64,000 nt of DNA, from the NCBI GenBank assembly GCA_046328155.1, contig JAXLXC010000001.1, forward strand, positions 69,222 through 133,221, given 5' to 3'. Numbering within the stretch: position 1 is the first letter of the stretch; every line of letters starts with the position of its first letter. The position numbers were made by a program, and so were the translations under genes. The stretch comes from Chloroflexota bacterium (lineage in GTDB: Bacteria > Chloroflexota > Limnocylindria > Limnocylindrales > CSP1-4). The notes beneath the pieces were generated by a model. The model saw only the letters and a list, made by a program, of their open reading frames with translations, had not been told where the DNA came from and ran no database searches. Positions 36,719 to 45,741 of this stretch are shown here, in pieces.

Positions 36719-38137
36719 ATGCTCCCGCGCACGCTCGGTCGGTCGTCCGTCGCGCTCATCGCCACGATGCTGGGAGTGGCGGTCGCGATGCCGGTCTCGG
36801 CCCAGACGCCCGCCGGCCTGCAGCAGGACCATGCGGGGCAGGTCGGCGACCTCTATGCGTTCGTGAGCCCCGACAAGCCCGACACCGTGACCATCGTCAC
36901 CACGTGGGGTGGCGCCCACTCGCCGGCCGACTGGGCCACCGAGGCGTGGTTCGACCCCGACCTGCTGTACTGGATCAAGGTCGACAACGACGGGGACGGC
37001 GACGCCGAGATCACGTGGTCGTTCCGAGTGCGGACCTCGCTCCTCGACCCGGACACCATCCTCGCGACCGGCTTCGGTCAGGTGCCCGGGGTGTCACCCA
37101 CCGTCGTCCAGTCGATGAACGCCGCGCGCGATGGGCTCGACACCATCACCGTGACCGTGCCGCCGCCCAACATCGGACCGCGCACCACACCGGGGTACGG
37201 TCGCCTCGTGCGGAGCTACGTCAACATCCTCGATGGCGGCGCCGATCCATCCGCTGCGGGTGCCCTCTTCGCAGGCCAGCGCGACGATCCCGCCTTCGGT
37301 GACTTCGGCTCGCTGGGGGACCTGTTCGCGACCCGCCCGCTGGGCGCCCGCCACGCCATCGAGGGCAAGAAGGGCAAGGCCCTGGACACGCGTGCCGGGC
37401 TCGACACCATGGTCATCGCGATGCAAGCCCCCATCGACTGGCTGACCGCGGACGGGAGCGTTCCCACCGACCCCACGGCTCCCGGCGCCGTCATCGGGAT
37501 CTGGGCGGGCGCCAGCCGCACGAACCCCGACGGCTCGCTGACCCAGGTCTCGCGCGTCGGGGCACCCCTCGTCGAGGACTGGCTCATCCCGTATGGGCAG
37601 CGCGACGCGTGGCGGAGCGGCGACCCCTCGGCGGACTCCGCGTTCGAGCCCCTGTACCAGCAGCCCCAGCTGGCGAGCGTGCTCGCCCAGGCGTACCCCG
37701 ACATCCAGGCGCCTCGCGCCGCCGACCGCGCCGACCTGGTGCAGCTCCTGGGACGCGGCATCCCGGGTCTGACGCAGAACACGACGGACGGGTTCTTCGA
37801 CCAGCTGCGTCTCAACGTGGCGGTCCCACCCACGACCACGAAGCCCAACCGCCTGGGTGTCATGGGCGGCGACCTCGCGGGCTACCCGAACGGGCGTCGG
37901 CTCACCGATGACGTGGTGGACGTCACCCTGCGCATGATCGGCGACGGCTACGGCGCCTCGTACGCGGAGCTGCTCGGCGCGGCCGGACTCACGGTCGTGG
38001 ACGCCAAGGCCAACCGAGCGCTTGGCGACGGCTGTGCGCGCAACGACGCGAAGGCCCTCAAGGCGTTCCCCTACGTGGGCATCCCGTGGGACGGCGTCAA
38101 GGGCGGCGCGACCTACCGAGCCTGCCCCGCCAAGTAG
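36719..38137 (+). CDS. Secreted DUF4331-family protein
   Basis: Signal peptide, then DLYAFVSPD.., YWIKVDNDGDGDAEI, LFAGQRDDPAF and GYPNGRRLTDDVVD. This is the characteristic DUF4331 motif order. Confidence 0.8.
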   Translation: MLPRTLGRSSVALIATMLGVAVAMPVSAQTPAGLQQDHAGQVGDLYAFVSPDKPDTVTIVTTWGGAHSPADWATEAWFDPDLLYWIKVDNDGDGDAEITWSFRVRTSLLDPDTILATGFGQVPGVSPTVVQSMNAARDGLDTITVTVPPPNIGPRTTPGYGRLVRSYVNILDGGADPSAAGALFAGQRDDPAFGDFGSLGDLFATRPLGARHAIEGKKGKALDTRAGLDTMVIAMQAPIDWLTADGSVPTDPTAPGAVIGIWAGASRTNPDGSLTQVSRVGAPLVEDWLIPYGQRDAWRSGDPSADSAFEPLYQQPQLASVLAQAYPDIQAPRAADRADLVQLLGRGIPGLTQNTTDGFFDQLRLNVAVPPTTTKPNRLGVMGGDLAGYPNGRRLTDDVVDVTLRMIGDGYGASYAELLGAAGLTVVDAKANRALGDGCARNDAKALKAFPYVGIPWDGVKGGATYRACPAK

Positions 38138-38246
38138 CCATGGAGCCGGTCGAGGGGTCCGACGGGGGCACGCCCATCGCCGCCGACCATGGGGACTCGG
38201 GGCATCTGGTGCTGCGGGAGGGCCGGCTGGCGCTGCCGTCGACCGA

Positions 38247-40397
38247 TCAGCGCCGGACGCGGGCCGTGTCGGGGTAGACCCGCACCCGTCGGTAGGGCTC
38301 GCGCCCGCTGGACACCGAGACCAGGTTGGCCCGCTCCACCGCCAGATGCTGCATCCGGCGCACCGAGGCGCTCTGGGGCGACAGCTCGACCGGGCGCGCC
38401 TGGCTGCGGACCAGGCCGATGGCCTCCTCCACCTCGCGCATGCCCGCCTCGGACGGGTCGGTGTCGAGCGCGAACAGCGAGGTCAGGCACGCCTCGATCT
38501 GGACGCTCGTGTTGGCCTTGAGCACGAACACGGGCAGCCCACGATCCTCCGCCTCGCGCAGCGCCGGCGCCTTCTGCTTGTAGTGGTTGCGGAGCGTGAT
38601 GACCACGTCCGCGTCGGCGGCATCGCGCACCAGGTACACCGGCAGCCGAAGGTCGCGGATGGCCTGCTCCAGACGCTTGCGACTCACCCCGAAGCCCAGC
38701 ACGTTGATGGTCTCCAGGGGCACCGCGGGCTCCTCGCGCCCCTCGGAGAGCCGGATCATCCGGCCCTCCGGCTCGTCGGCGAGGGCGGCGCGCATCAGCT
38801 CGGGCGAGCCCGGGGTCACCCCGGGGGTGTCCTCGAACCCCTCGTCGAGCGCCTCCGCCTCGCCATCCTCGTCGAGGTCGGAGTGCATCGTCGCGATGGC
38901 GCGCGCCGCGGAGGCGCGCCACTCCGCCTGTCGCTCGAACTCCCGGGCGTCACGGGCGCGTGGCTCCGGGGCCGGCGTGCCTCGCTCCAGCGGACCTCGG
39001 TCGGCGACGCCCGATGCCTGGAAGGGTGCGACGGCGTTGGGCCCGCCTCGCTCCGGCAGGTACGACGCGGCTGGCCCGGGGCCGGCGGGGCCATAGGGGG
39101 CAGGGCCATCGCCGCGTCCGCCGGGACGCGAGCTCGACCGTCCGCGCGCGCCGCCACGCCAGCCACCCGAGGCGCCCGGTCGATAGCCGCTCCTGCCCCG
39201 GTCGGCGCCAGGGGTGGCAGGGCCGAGCTCGCCACGGCGGGCGTCGGGTCGCCAGCCGGGCTCCATGCGCCAGCCGGTCTGCCCGGCACCCACCAGACCC
39301 CCGAACCGCTCGCCCGGCAGCTGGCTGCTCGGCCCGGGGCGGGGCCGGGACTGCGACTTGTGGACGCCGCCCTCGTCGCGCCATCGGAGCTCAGGGGCCA
39401 GGGGGTCGCCGCGCAGCAGCCCGTCGACCGTCTCGGCCACATCGGCGTGCACCGTGACCCGGTCGCGATCCTGGATCTCCACCACCACGTCGAAGGTGGG
39501 CGGCGCCTTGCGCTCCAGCACGCTCTTCTGGGTCCGGCGTCGGCGTGCCTCCTCGTCCCCCAGGGTCACCGACTGGATGCCGCCGATGAGGTCGGACAGG
39601 GTGGGGTTGACCATCAGGTTGTCGAGGCTGTTGCCATGCGCCGTGCCGATGAGCTGGACGCCCCGCTCGGCGATGGTGCGGGCGGCCGCGGCCTCCAGCT
39701 CGGTGCCGATCTCGTCGATGACGATGACCTCGGGCATGTGGTTCTCGACCGCCTCGATCATCACCGCGTGCTGATGTGCGGGCGTGCGCACCTGCATCCG
39801 CCGCGCCCGCCCGATGCCCGGATGGGGGATGTCCCCATCGCCCGCGATCTCGTTGCTCGTGTCGACCACCACGACCCGCTTGTCCTGGACCTCGGCGAGC
39901 ACGCGTGCGGCCTCGCGGAGCATGGTCGTCTTGCCGATGCCCGGCCGACCCATGATGAGCACCGACTTCCCGGAGCTGACCAGGTCGTCGATGATCTCGA
40001 TGGTCCCGAACACGGCTCGCCCGATGCGGCACGTCAGGCCGACCACCTTGCCGCTCCGGTTGCGGATGGCGCTGATCCGATGCAGCGTCCGCTCGATGCC
40101 CGCGCGGTTGTCCTCGCCGAACGACCCCACGTGGACGACCACGTGCTCGATGTCGGCCTCGGTGATCTCGCGGTCGAGCAGCACCGATTCGCCACCCGCC
40201 CCATAGCGGGCCTCCGGGCGCCGTCCCAGGTCCATCACGACCTCGATCACGTCCGAGGCGTTGGGCAGCGCGCGGATGGCGTCCCCGATCTCGGGCGGCA
40301 ACGCCGCGAGCAGCGCCTCCATGTCATCGGTGGTCGCCCGCATGTCCCGCTCTGCCACGGGTCCTCCTTCCGGTCCCTGCATGGTCGCGTGGCTCAT
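38247..40397 (-). CDS. SpoIIIAA/Ycf45-like AAA ATPase with a C-terminal R3H nucleic-acid-binding domain
   Basis: Walker A GRPGIGKTT and Walker B VIVIDEIG. A Gly/Arg/Pro-rich linker of about 200 aa. A C-terminal R3H region (SVRRMQHLAVERANLVSVSSGREPYRRVRVY). The ATG at 40397 overlaps the GNAT stop. Confidence 0.8.
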   Translation of the reverse strand: MSHATMQGPEGGPVAERDMRATTDDMEALLAALPPEIGDAIRALPNASDVIEVVMDLGRRPEARYGAGGESVLLDREITEADIEHVVVHVGSFGEDNRAGIERTLHRISAIRNRSGKVVGLTCRIGRAVFGTIEIIDDLVSSGKSVLIMGRPGIGKTTMLREAARVLAEVQDKRVVVVDTSNEIAGDGDIPHPGIGRARRMQVRTPAHQHAVMIEAVENHMPEVIVIDEIGTELEAAAARTIAERGVQLIGTAHGNSLDNLMVNPTLSDLIGGIQSVTLGDEEARRRRTQKSVLERKAPPTFDVVVEIQDRDRVTVHADVAETVDGLLRGDPLAPELRWRDEGGVHKSQSRPRPGPSSQLPGERFGGLVGAGQTGWRMEPGWRPDARRGELGPATPGADRGRSGYRPGASGGWRGGARGRSSSRPGGRGDGPAPYGPAGPGPAASYLPERGGPNAVAPFQASGVADRGPLERGTPAPEPRARDAREFERQAEWRASAARAIATMHSDLDEDGEAEALDEGFEDTPGVTPGSPELMRAALADEPEGRMIRLSEGREEPAVPLETINVLGFGVSRKRLEQAIRDLRLPVYLVRDAADADVVITLRNHYKQKAPALREAEDRGLPVFVLKANTSVQIEACLTSLFALDTDPSEAGMREVEEAIGLVRSQARPVELSPQSASVRRMQHLAVERANLVSVSSGREPYRRVRVYPDTARVRR

Positions 40398-41497
40398 CGC
40401 GTCGTCGCCGGCAGGAACGCCGGATCGGCAACGCGGACGAGCGTCTCCTTCATCAGCAGCGAGACCTGGGCGACCCGCTGGAAGCCCTGGTCCTCGAGTC
40501 GTCGCTCCAAGGGTGATTCGTAGGTCCGGACCGTCGCGATCACCCCGCGGCGCGGGGTGTCGTCGCTGGGTCGTCGGGTCGCCTCCCCGCTCCGAGCGCC
40601 GATGACCGCGAGTCCGAACCGGATGAGCGATGCCGCGTCGTGCTCGGGACGGCTGATGACCCGCAGATAGTGTGGCTGCTCCGTCTTGGACACGCCCACC
40701 TGGAGGAAGGCGACCAGCTCGTCGGAGGCGCCCGAGGGTCCGCCGGGCGGGCAGCGCTGGACGAACGCCTCGGCGTCCGCGAAGCGGAGGATGGGCGTCA
40801 GCGACGAGCGGGGGACCTGCGCGCGGTCGGCACCCCGCTCCCAGTCCGCGAGCCGGTAGTCCTCGAGGCGCGCCACGGGCGTGGGGGTCACCAGCGCGTA
40901 CAGGCGACCCAGGTCCAGCGCGTCGACCGGCCCCATGGCGTGGATGCCCAGGCGTGCCAGCTCCGCATCGGCCGGGACCGGCGGCCATGGTTGGCCACCC
41001 GGCCGATGCAGGATGAGCTCCTCGCCATAGCGCGCGAACCCGTGTTGCATGAACAGCTCCACGTTGCCGCCCTCGTCCGCGCACGCCACGTGGAAGCGGG
41101 CGCAGCCACGCTTGCCGCCGTCGCGGAGCAGGTGCTGGACCAGTCGGTAGCGCACGTCCCCGGCCGCCGACCCCTGGTCGCGGGCGTCCTGGTCGACCGC
41201 GTCGAGCTCCACGATGGTCCACTCGTCGCGTGGGTCGTTGGTCTCGACCCGGGCCAGACCCGCGAGCCGACCATCCTCCTCGTAGACATACAACGGGTCG
41301 TGCGGCTGGAGCGCGCCCAGCGGCATCCGGAAGAGGCTGAACACGCTCATCTGGCTGGCCGCGACCGGCAGCCCCAGGGACCGGACGGCGCGCGAGCGCT
41401 CATCCCCGGCGGCGTGGGACCACCGGGAGAGGTCACCAAGGGCGGCGAGGTCCGTCAACCGGGCAGGGCGGACTCGCCCGGGTCGCGTGCTCAGCAT
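40394..41497 (-). CDS. GNAT-family N-acetyltransferase-like protein (two-lobed, 367 aa)
   Basis: IVELDAVDQDARDQGSAAGDVRYRLVQHLLRDGGKRGCARFHVACADEGGNVELFMQHGF fits the GNAT acetyl-CoA-binding core loosely. I take the ATG at 41497 as the start. Confidence 0.7.
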   Translation of the reverse strand: MLSTRPGRVRPARLTDLAALGDLSRWSHAAGDERSRAVRSLGLPVAASQMSVFSLFRMPLGALQPHDPLYVYEEDGRLAGLARVETNDPRDEWTIVELDAVDQDARDQGSAAGDVRYRLVQHLLRDGGKRGCARFHVACADEGGNVELFMQHGFARYGEELILHRPGGQPWPPVPADAELARLGIHAMGPVDALDLGRLYALVTPTPVARLEDYRLADWERGADRAQVPRSSLTPILRFADAEAFVQRCPPGGPSGASDELVAFLQVGVSKTEQPHYLRVISRPEHDAASLIRFGLAVIGARSGEATRRPSDDTPRRGVIATVRTYESPLERRLEDQGFQRVAQVSLLMKETLVRVADPAFLPATTR

Positions 41498-41847
41498 GCG
41501 TGGGGTTCGCTGGGTGCGGGCTATCGGCGCCGGCCCGCTCCGATGGTCGAGGGCGAGGCTGGGATGGCGGCGAGGCTGGGTCCCGCCGCGTGGTCGATCG
41601 AGCTCGTCGGGATGGTCACGTTGGTCACGACCTCGGGTCGCTGTGTCGCCCGGCCTTCGCCGTGTGCTCGGCAGCGGGGTCCTCGCCCGCACGGAGCACG
41701 CGGTCAACCAGACGGCTCGATCATCGCACACGCCGTGGGCACGCGCCAACGGGAGGACGGGCCCCGCACGTTGCGTCCGTGCCGCACGTTGGTACTGGTA
41801 CGTTCGGTGGGGTAACGACCCATTGGGGTCGGTCGTAAGGTCCGCCC

Positions 41848-42663
41848 ATGCCCATCGACCGCACCCAGCGTGACCCGCTCGACCTGCAGCAGGAACTGGA
41901 ACGCGCCGTCGACCGAAACGAGTTCGGTGTCGAGTACCAGCCCATCATCGACCTGCAGAGCGGCGCCATCGCCGCCGTCGAGGCGCTCATCCGCTGGCGC
42001 CATCCGCTCCTGGGGACCCTCCCCCCCGCTGACTATCTGCCGCTCGCGGAGGTGACGGGGCTCATCGTGCCCATCGGCGAGCGCGTCCTCGCGACGGCGG
42101 CCCGCCAGCTGCGGACGTGGCACCTGGGCTTCGCGCGGATGCAGGGGCTGTCACTCCACGTCAACGTGTCCCCCGCGCAGCTGGGTGCGCCCGGCTTCCC
42201 GCAGCGCGTCGAGCAGATGCTGGAGGAGGCCGAGGTCTCCCCGCTCTCCCTGACGTTGGAGGTGGGGCCAGACGCCCACCAGCAGCTGGACGCGGCCGTG
42301 GAGCTGCGCGACATGGGCGTGGACCTGGTGCTGGAGGACTTCGGCACGGGCACGACGCTCGACGACGTGCGCCGCCTTCCCGTGAGCGGCGTCAAGCTCC
42401 ATCCGACCTTCGTGGCATTGGCCGCGGGCGCGCCGGAGGAGGTCATCATCCCCGAGGCGCTGCTGTCCATCGCCCACGTCCGTGGCCTGACCGCGACGGG
42501 CAAGGGCATCGAGACGCGGGACCAGGCGCGCCGCCTCTCCTCGCTCGGCTGCGACCTGGGCCAGGGCTACCTGTACAGCAAGGCCCTGGGACCCGAGGGG
42601 ATCGGCACGCTGCTGGCCCGCGGCCGGGTCAGCTTCGGCAGCGTGGCCCGCGCCGGTCGCTGA
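41848..42663 (+). CDS. Stand-alone EAL-domain protein (several catalytic positions substituted)
   Basis: YQPIIDL, EALIRW, NVSP, EDFGTG and QGY are present. KLH replaces K-x-D, GKGIE replaces EGVE, and LEVG replaces E-x-TE. Confidence 0.85.
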   Translation: MPIDRTQRDPLDLQQELERAVDRNEFGVEYQPIIDLQSGAIAAVEALIRWRHPLLGTLPPADYLPLAEVTGLIVPIGERVLATAARQLRTWHLGFARMQGLSLHVNVSPAQLGAPGFPQRVEQMLEEAEVSPLSLTLEVGPDAHQQLDAAVELRDMGVDLVLEDFGTGTTLDDVRRLPVSGVKLHPTFVALAAGAPEEVIIPEALLSIAHVRGLTATGKGIETRDQARRLSSLGCDLGQGYLYSKALGPEGIGTLLARGRVSFGSVARAGR

Positions 42664-42718
42664 ACCGCCGGCGCGGTGCCGTCGCCCGCGCATCTGCTGC
42701 ACCGCGGCGATGGCCGGA

Positions 42719-43090
42719 CTAGCGGTCGAGCAGCGTGGCGGGGTGGTCGACCGCGCGGTTCTGGAAGTCCGTGTAGACCAGCATCGAGCCGTACAGACCC
42801 AGTAGCGCCACGAAGCCTACGATGATGAGCGTGCGGATTCGGCTGGTGGCGTGTGCCGGCATCTGGGTCGCGAGCACCGGCGCCGCGGGGACGCTGCTCG
42901 AGTACTGGGTCCCGCGGTAGCGCTCCGTCAGGGACAGCTCGGCGTTGGGCGCACCCTCCTCGGGCGGCGCCAGCGGGTCCCAGCGGCAGGCAGGGCAGAT
43001 GAAGGTCACGGCATCGAGCTGGGTCTCGCAATGCGGGCAGAAGTGCCAGTCCACGGTCTCGTACTCCAGGGCCGCTTGAACGCGCGGCAA
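42719..43090 (-). CDS. Zinc-ribbon protein with a C-terminal TM anchor
   Basis: CPHC..(13)..CPAC, then the hydrophobic helix IRTLIIVGFVALLGLYGSMLV. A TTG start is assumed, so the start is uncertain. Confidence 0.55.
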   Translation of the reverse strand: MPRVQAALEYETVDWHFCPHCETQLDAVTFICPACRWDPLAPPEEGAPNAELSLTERYRGTQYSSSVPAAPVLATQMPAHATSRIRTLIIVGFVALLGLYGSMLVYTDFQNRAVDHPATLLDR

Positions 43091-43340
43091 TGATCAGGCC
43101 ACCCTGCAGCGGGTGACGTCGTGACCCTATCGGGCCCATGGTCCTGCCGCGATCCCCCGGAGGTCACCCCTCGCGGGCGGAACGGTCGGCTGGCGATGGC
43201 TCTGGTGCGGTGACCCCCGACGGGACCCACGGACGGCCCGCCCATCCGCGTGTCGGGGCCTCGTCAGGCGACGCACCAACACGCGTGCGATACGATGCGG
43301 CCGGTGCCACGGTCGAGTCCCGACCGGCACCAGGGAGTTC

Positions 43341-43856
43341 GTGGATAGCGTCGTTCTGCTGCTCAACGCGGATTACGAGCCCCTGAACGTGTGTGACGTT
43401 CGGCGGGCGTTCCGCCTCGTCTTCGGACAGAAGGCCGAGGTGATCCAGTACGACCACCTGGACATCGTCACGGCCCGCGCCACGTTCCGTGCCCCCAGCG
43501 TCATCCGACTCCAGCATCGCATCCGACGGCCCCGTCCGCGGGTGCGCCTGTCCCGGCGCGAGGTGTTCGCGCGTGACACGCACACCTGCCAGTACTGCGG
43601 GCGCCAGAGCGGCGACCTGACGCTGGACCACGTGCTGCCCCGGCACCGGGGTGGCGGCCACTCGTGGGACAACCTGGTGACCGCGTGCAAGGACTGCAAC
43701 CACCGCAAGGGCGGACGGCTGCCCCACGAGGCCGGCATGCGCCTGGCGCGACCGCCGCACGAGCCCCGCTGCGACGTGTACTCGCTGTTCACGCCGTACC
43801 TCACCGATCCGAGGAACGTGGCCTGGCGGGACTACCTGTTCCTGGCCACCGATTGA
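43341..43856 (+). CDS. HNH endonuclease-family protein
   Basis: The GTG start is preceded by AGGGAG. CQYCG..(10)..DHVLPRHRGGGHSWDNLVTACKDCNHRK is a complete HNH/CCHH motif. Confidence 0.85.
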   Translation: MDSVVLLLNADYEPLNVCDVRRAFRLVFGQKAEVIQYDHLDIVTARATFRAPSVIRLQHRIRRPRPRVRLSRREVFARDTHTCQYCGRQSGDLTLDHVLPRHRGGGHSWDNLVTACKDCNHRKGGRLPHEAGMRLARPPHEPRCDVYSLFTPYLTDPRNVAWRDYLFLATD

Positions 43857-43868
43857 GCCTGCTCCCGG

Positions 43869-45323
43869 ATGGCATCCCCGCCTGACGCATCGGGCGGCCC
43901 GACCGTGGGCCGACCGGACGTGCGGCCGTCGGCCGATGCGCTGACCGTCCTGACGCGGCTCTGGGAAGGCGGCCACGCGGCGTACCTCGTGGGTGGCGGG
44001 GTGCGGGACCAGCTGCTGGGCCGGCCGGTCCATGACGAGGACATCGCCTCCGATGCGCTCCCGGAGCGGGTCCTCGAGCTGTTCCCGTCCGGGCGGCAGC
44101 GGGGGGCCTTTGGCACCGTCGACATCGAGGGCGTCCAGGTCACGACCTTCCGACGCGACCACACCTACGCGGACCACCGACGGCCCGACAGCGTCACCTT
44201 CACGACCACGGTCGAGGAGGACCTGGCGCGTCGCGACTTCACCATCAACGCGCTGGCCTGGGGCACGGCCGGGACCGGGGCGGCCGCGCCCGGCGTCGCC
44301 GAGCCGCGCCTCATCGACCCCACCCACGGCCTCCCGGACCTCGACGCCCGACTGCTGCGCGCGGTGGGCGACCCGGACCTCCGGTTCCAGGAGGACGCAT
44401 TGCGACTTATGCGGGGCGTGCGTCTCGCGGCGACCCTGGGCTTCGCGATCGAGGCGGGCACGCTCGCCGCCATGGGTCGGCGTGGCGGGGACGTCCGATG
44501 GCTCTCCGCGGAGCGGGTGGGCGAGGAGCTGCGCCGGATGCTCGACGCGCCCCAGCCCTCCGTGGCGATCCGCCACCTGGACGCCATGGGCGCCCTGGCG
44601 CCCATCCTGCCGGAGGTCACCGGGCAGCATGGGGTGCCGCAGGCCAAGATCCCGGGCGACGACCTGTTCGACCACAGCATGCGCGCCATGGACGCCGCGG
44701 CCAGCCTCGAGGGCACGAGCCCGCCGCTCGTGATGGCTGGGCTGCTCCACGACATCGGCAAGCCGGCCACCGCTGCCGATGGTCACTTCATCGGCCACCC
44801 CGAGGTGGGCGCGCTGATGGCGCGCGAGGCGCTGGTCCGCCTGCGCATGCCCGCGACCCTCGTGGACCGCGTGGCGCGCCTCATCCACGAGCACATGTTC
44901 CAGTTCCGGCCCGCGTGGACCGATGCCGCGGTCCGCCGCTTCCTGCGCCGCGTCGGCCTCGACCTGGTCGACGACCTGCTGCTGCTGCGGGTGGCGGACG
45001 ACATCGGCAGCGGCATCGTCCCTGGCCCGGACCTGGCGACGCTGCGCGCCCGCGTCGACGCCCAGCGGCAGGCCCGGCCGCCGCTCTCGCTCGCGGAGCT
45101 GGCGGTCGATGGCACCGACCTCCTGCGCGAGGCCGCCCTGCCGCCGGGCCCCTGGGTCGGGACCTACCTGCAGCGGCTCCTGGCGTCGGTGGTCAACGAC
45201 CCGCGTCGGAACCGGCGCGAGGTGCTCCTCGCCGACGTGCGACGCTGGCTGGCGGCCTCGGATGCCATGCGACCGGCCACGGATGGGCAGGCGACCGACG
45301 CCACCCCCTCCGGGTTCCTGTAG
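43869..45323 (+). CDS. cca: CCA-adding tRNA nucleotidyltransferase (PolyA_pol head plus HD domain)
   Basis: YLVGGGVRDQLLG, DEDIAS, RRDFTINALAW and the HD region (LLHDIGKP). Confidence 0.85.
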   Translation: MASPPDASGGPTVGRPDVRPSADALTVLTRLWEGGHAAYLVGGGVRDQLLGRPVHDEDIASDALPERVLELFPSGRQRGAFGTVDIEGVQVTTFRRDHTYADHRRPDSVTFTTTVEEDLARRDFTINALAWGTAGTGAAAPGVAEPRLIDPTHGLPDLDARLLRAVGDPDLRFQEDALRLMRGVRLAATLGFAIEAGTLAAMGRRGGDVRWLSAERVGEELRRMLDAPQPSVAIRHLDAMGALAPILPEVTGQHGVPQAKIPGDDLFDHSMRAMDAAASLEGTSPPLVMAGLLHDIGKPATAADGHFIGHPEVGALMAREALVRLRMPATLVDRVARLIHEHMFQFRPAWTDAAVRRFLRRVGLDLVDDLLLLRVADDIGSGIVPGPDLATLRARVDAQRQARPPLSLAELAVDGTDLLREAALPPGPWVGTYLQRLLASVVNDPRRNRREVLLADVRRWLAASDAMRPATDGQATDATPSGFL

Positions 45324-45332
45324 CCTCGACGG

Positions 45333-45737
45333 GTGATCGAGATGCTGCTCCAGGCCGACCGGCTGCTCACGGTGGACCTGGTGGACCAGGCGGATGCGAT
45401 CTACCGGCGCGTCGCGGAGCAGGACCCCCGCAACGCCATCGCGGTCGTGGGCATGGCGCGCTGCGCGCTCGCCCGCGGCGAGGACCACGAGGCGTATCGC
45501 CTGGCGGCGCGCGCGCTCGACATCGACCCGGAGAACGACATGGCCCGTCGGATGACCGCCCGGATGGCGGAGGTGCTCACGTATCGCGGCGAGGAGCTGC
45601 CGGGCGAGGACCCGGCACCCGCGCCGGCGGCGCCCATGCCGCCCGAACCCGCCCTGGCCGCACCGGGCGCCCGCGAGTCGTCGGTCGCGACCCAGACGCC
45701 CGGACGCTCCTGGCTCGACCGGATCCGGGGGCGCTGA
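45333..45737 (+). CDS. Small TPR-like protein
   Basis: GTG start. Two TPR-like helical hairpins (ADAIYRRVAEQDPRNAIAVVGMARCAL..., AYRLAARALDIDPEN), then a Pro/Ala-rich tail. Confidence 0.6.
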   Translation: MIEMLLQADRLLTVDLVDQADAIYRRVAEQDPRNAIAVVGMARCALARGEDHEAYRLAARALDIDPENDMARRMTARMAEVLTYRGEELPGEDPAPAPAAPMPPEPALAAPGARESSVATQTPGRSWLDRIRGR

Positions 45738-45741
45738 CGAG

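Noticed and set aside
43091-43340. The 250-bp divergent intergenic region upstream of the HNH gene, as a possible ncRNA or riboswitch.
   Set aside because: It contains only a short 6-bp GGTGCC/GGCACC stem and a weak TACGAT -10-like hexamer. I recognised no conserved RNA motif, so it is most simply a promoter region.
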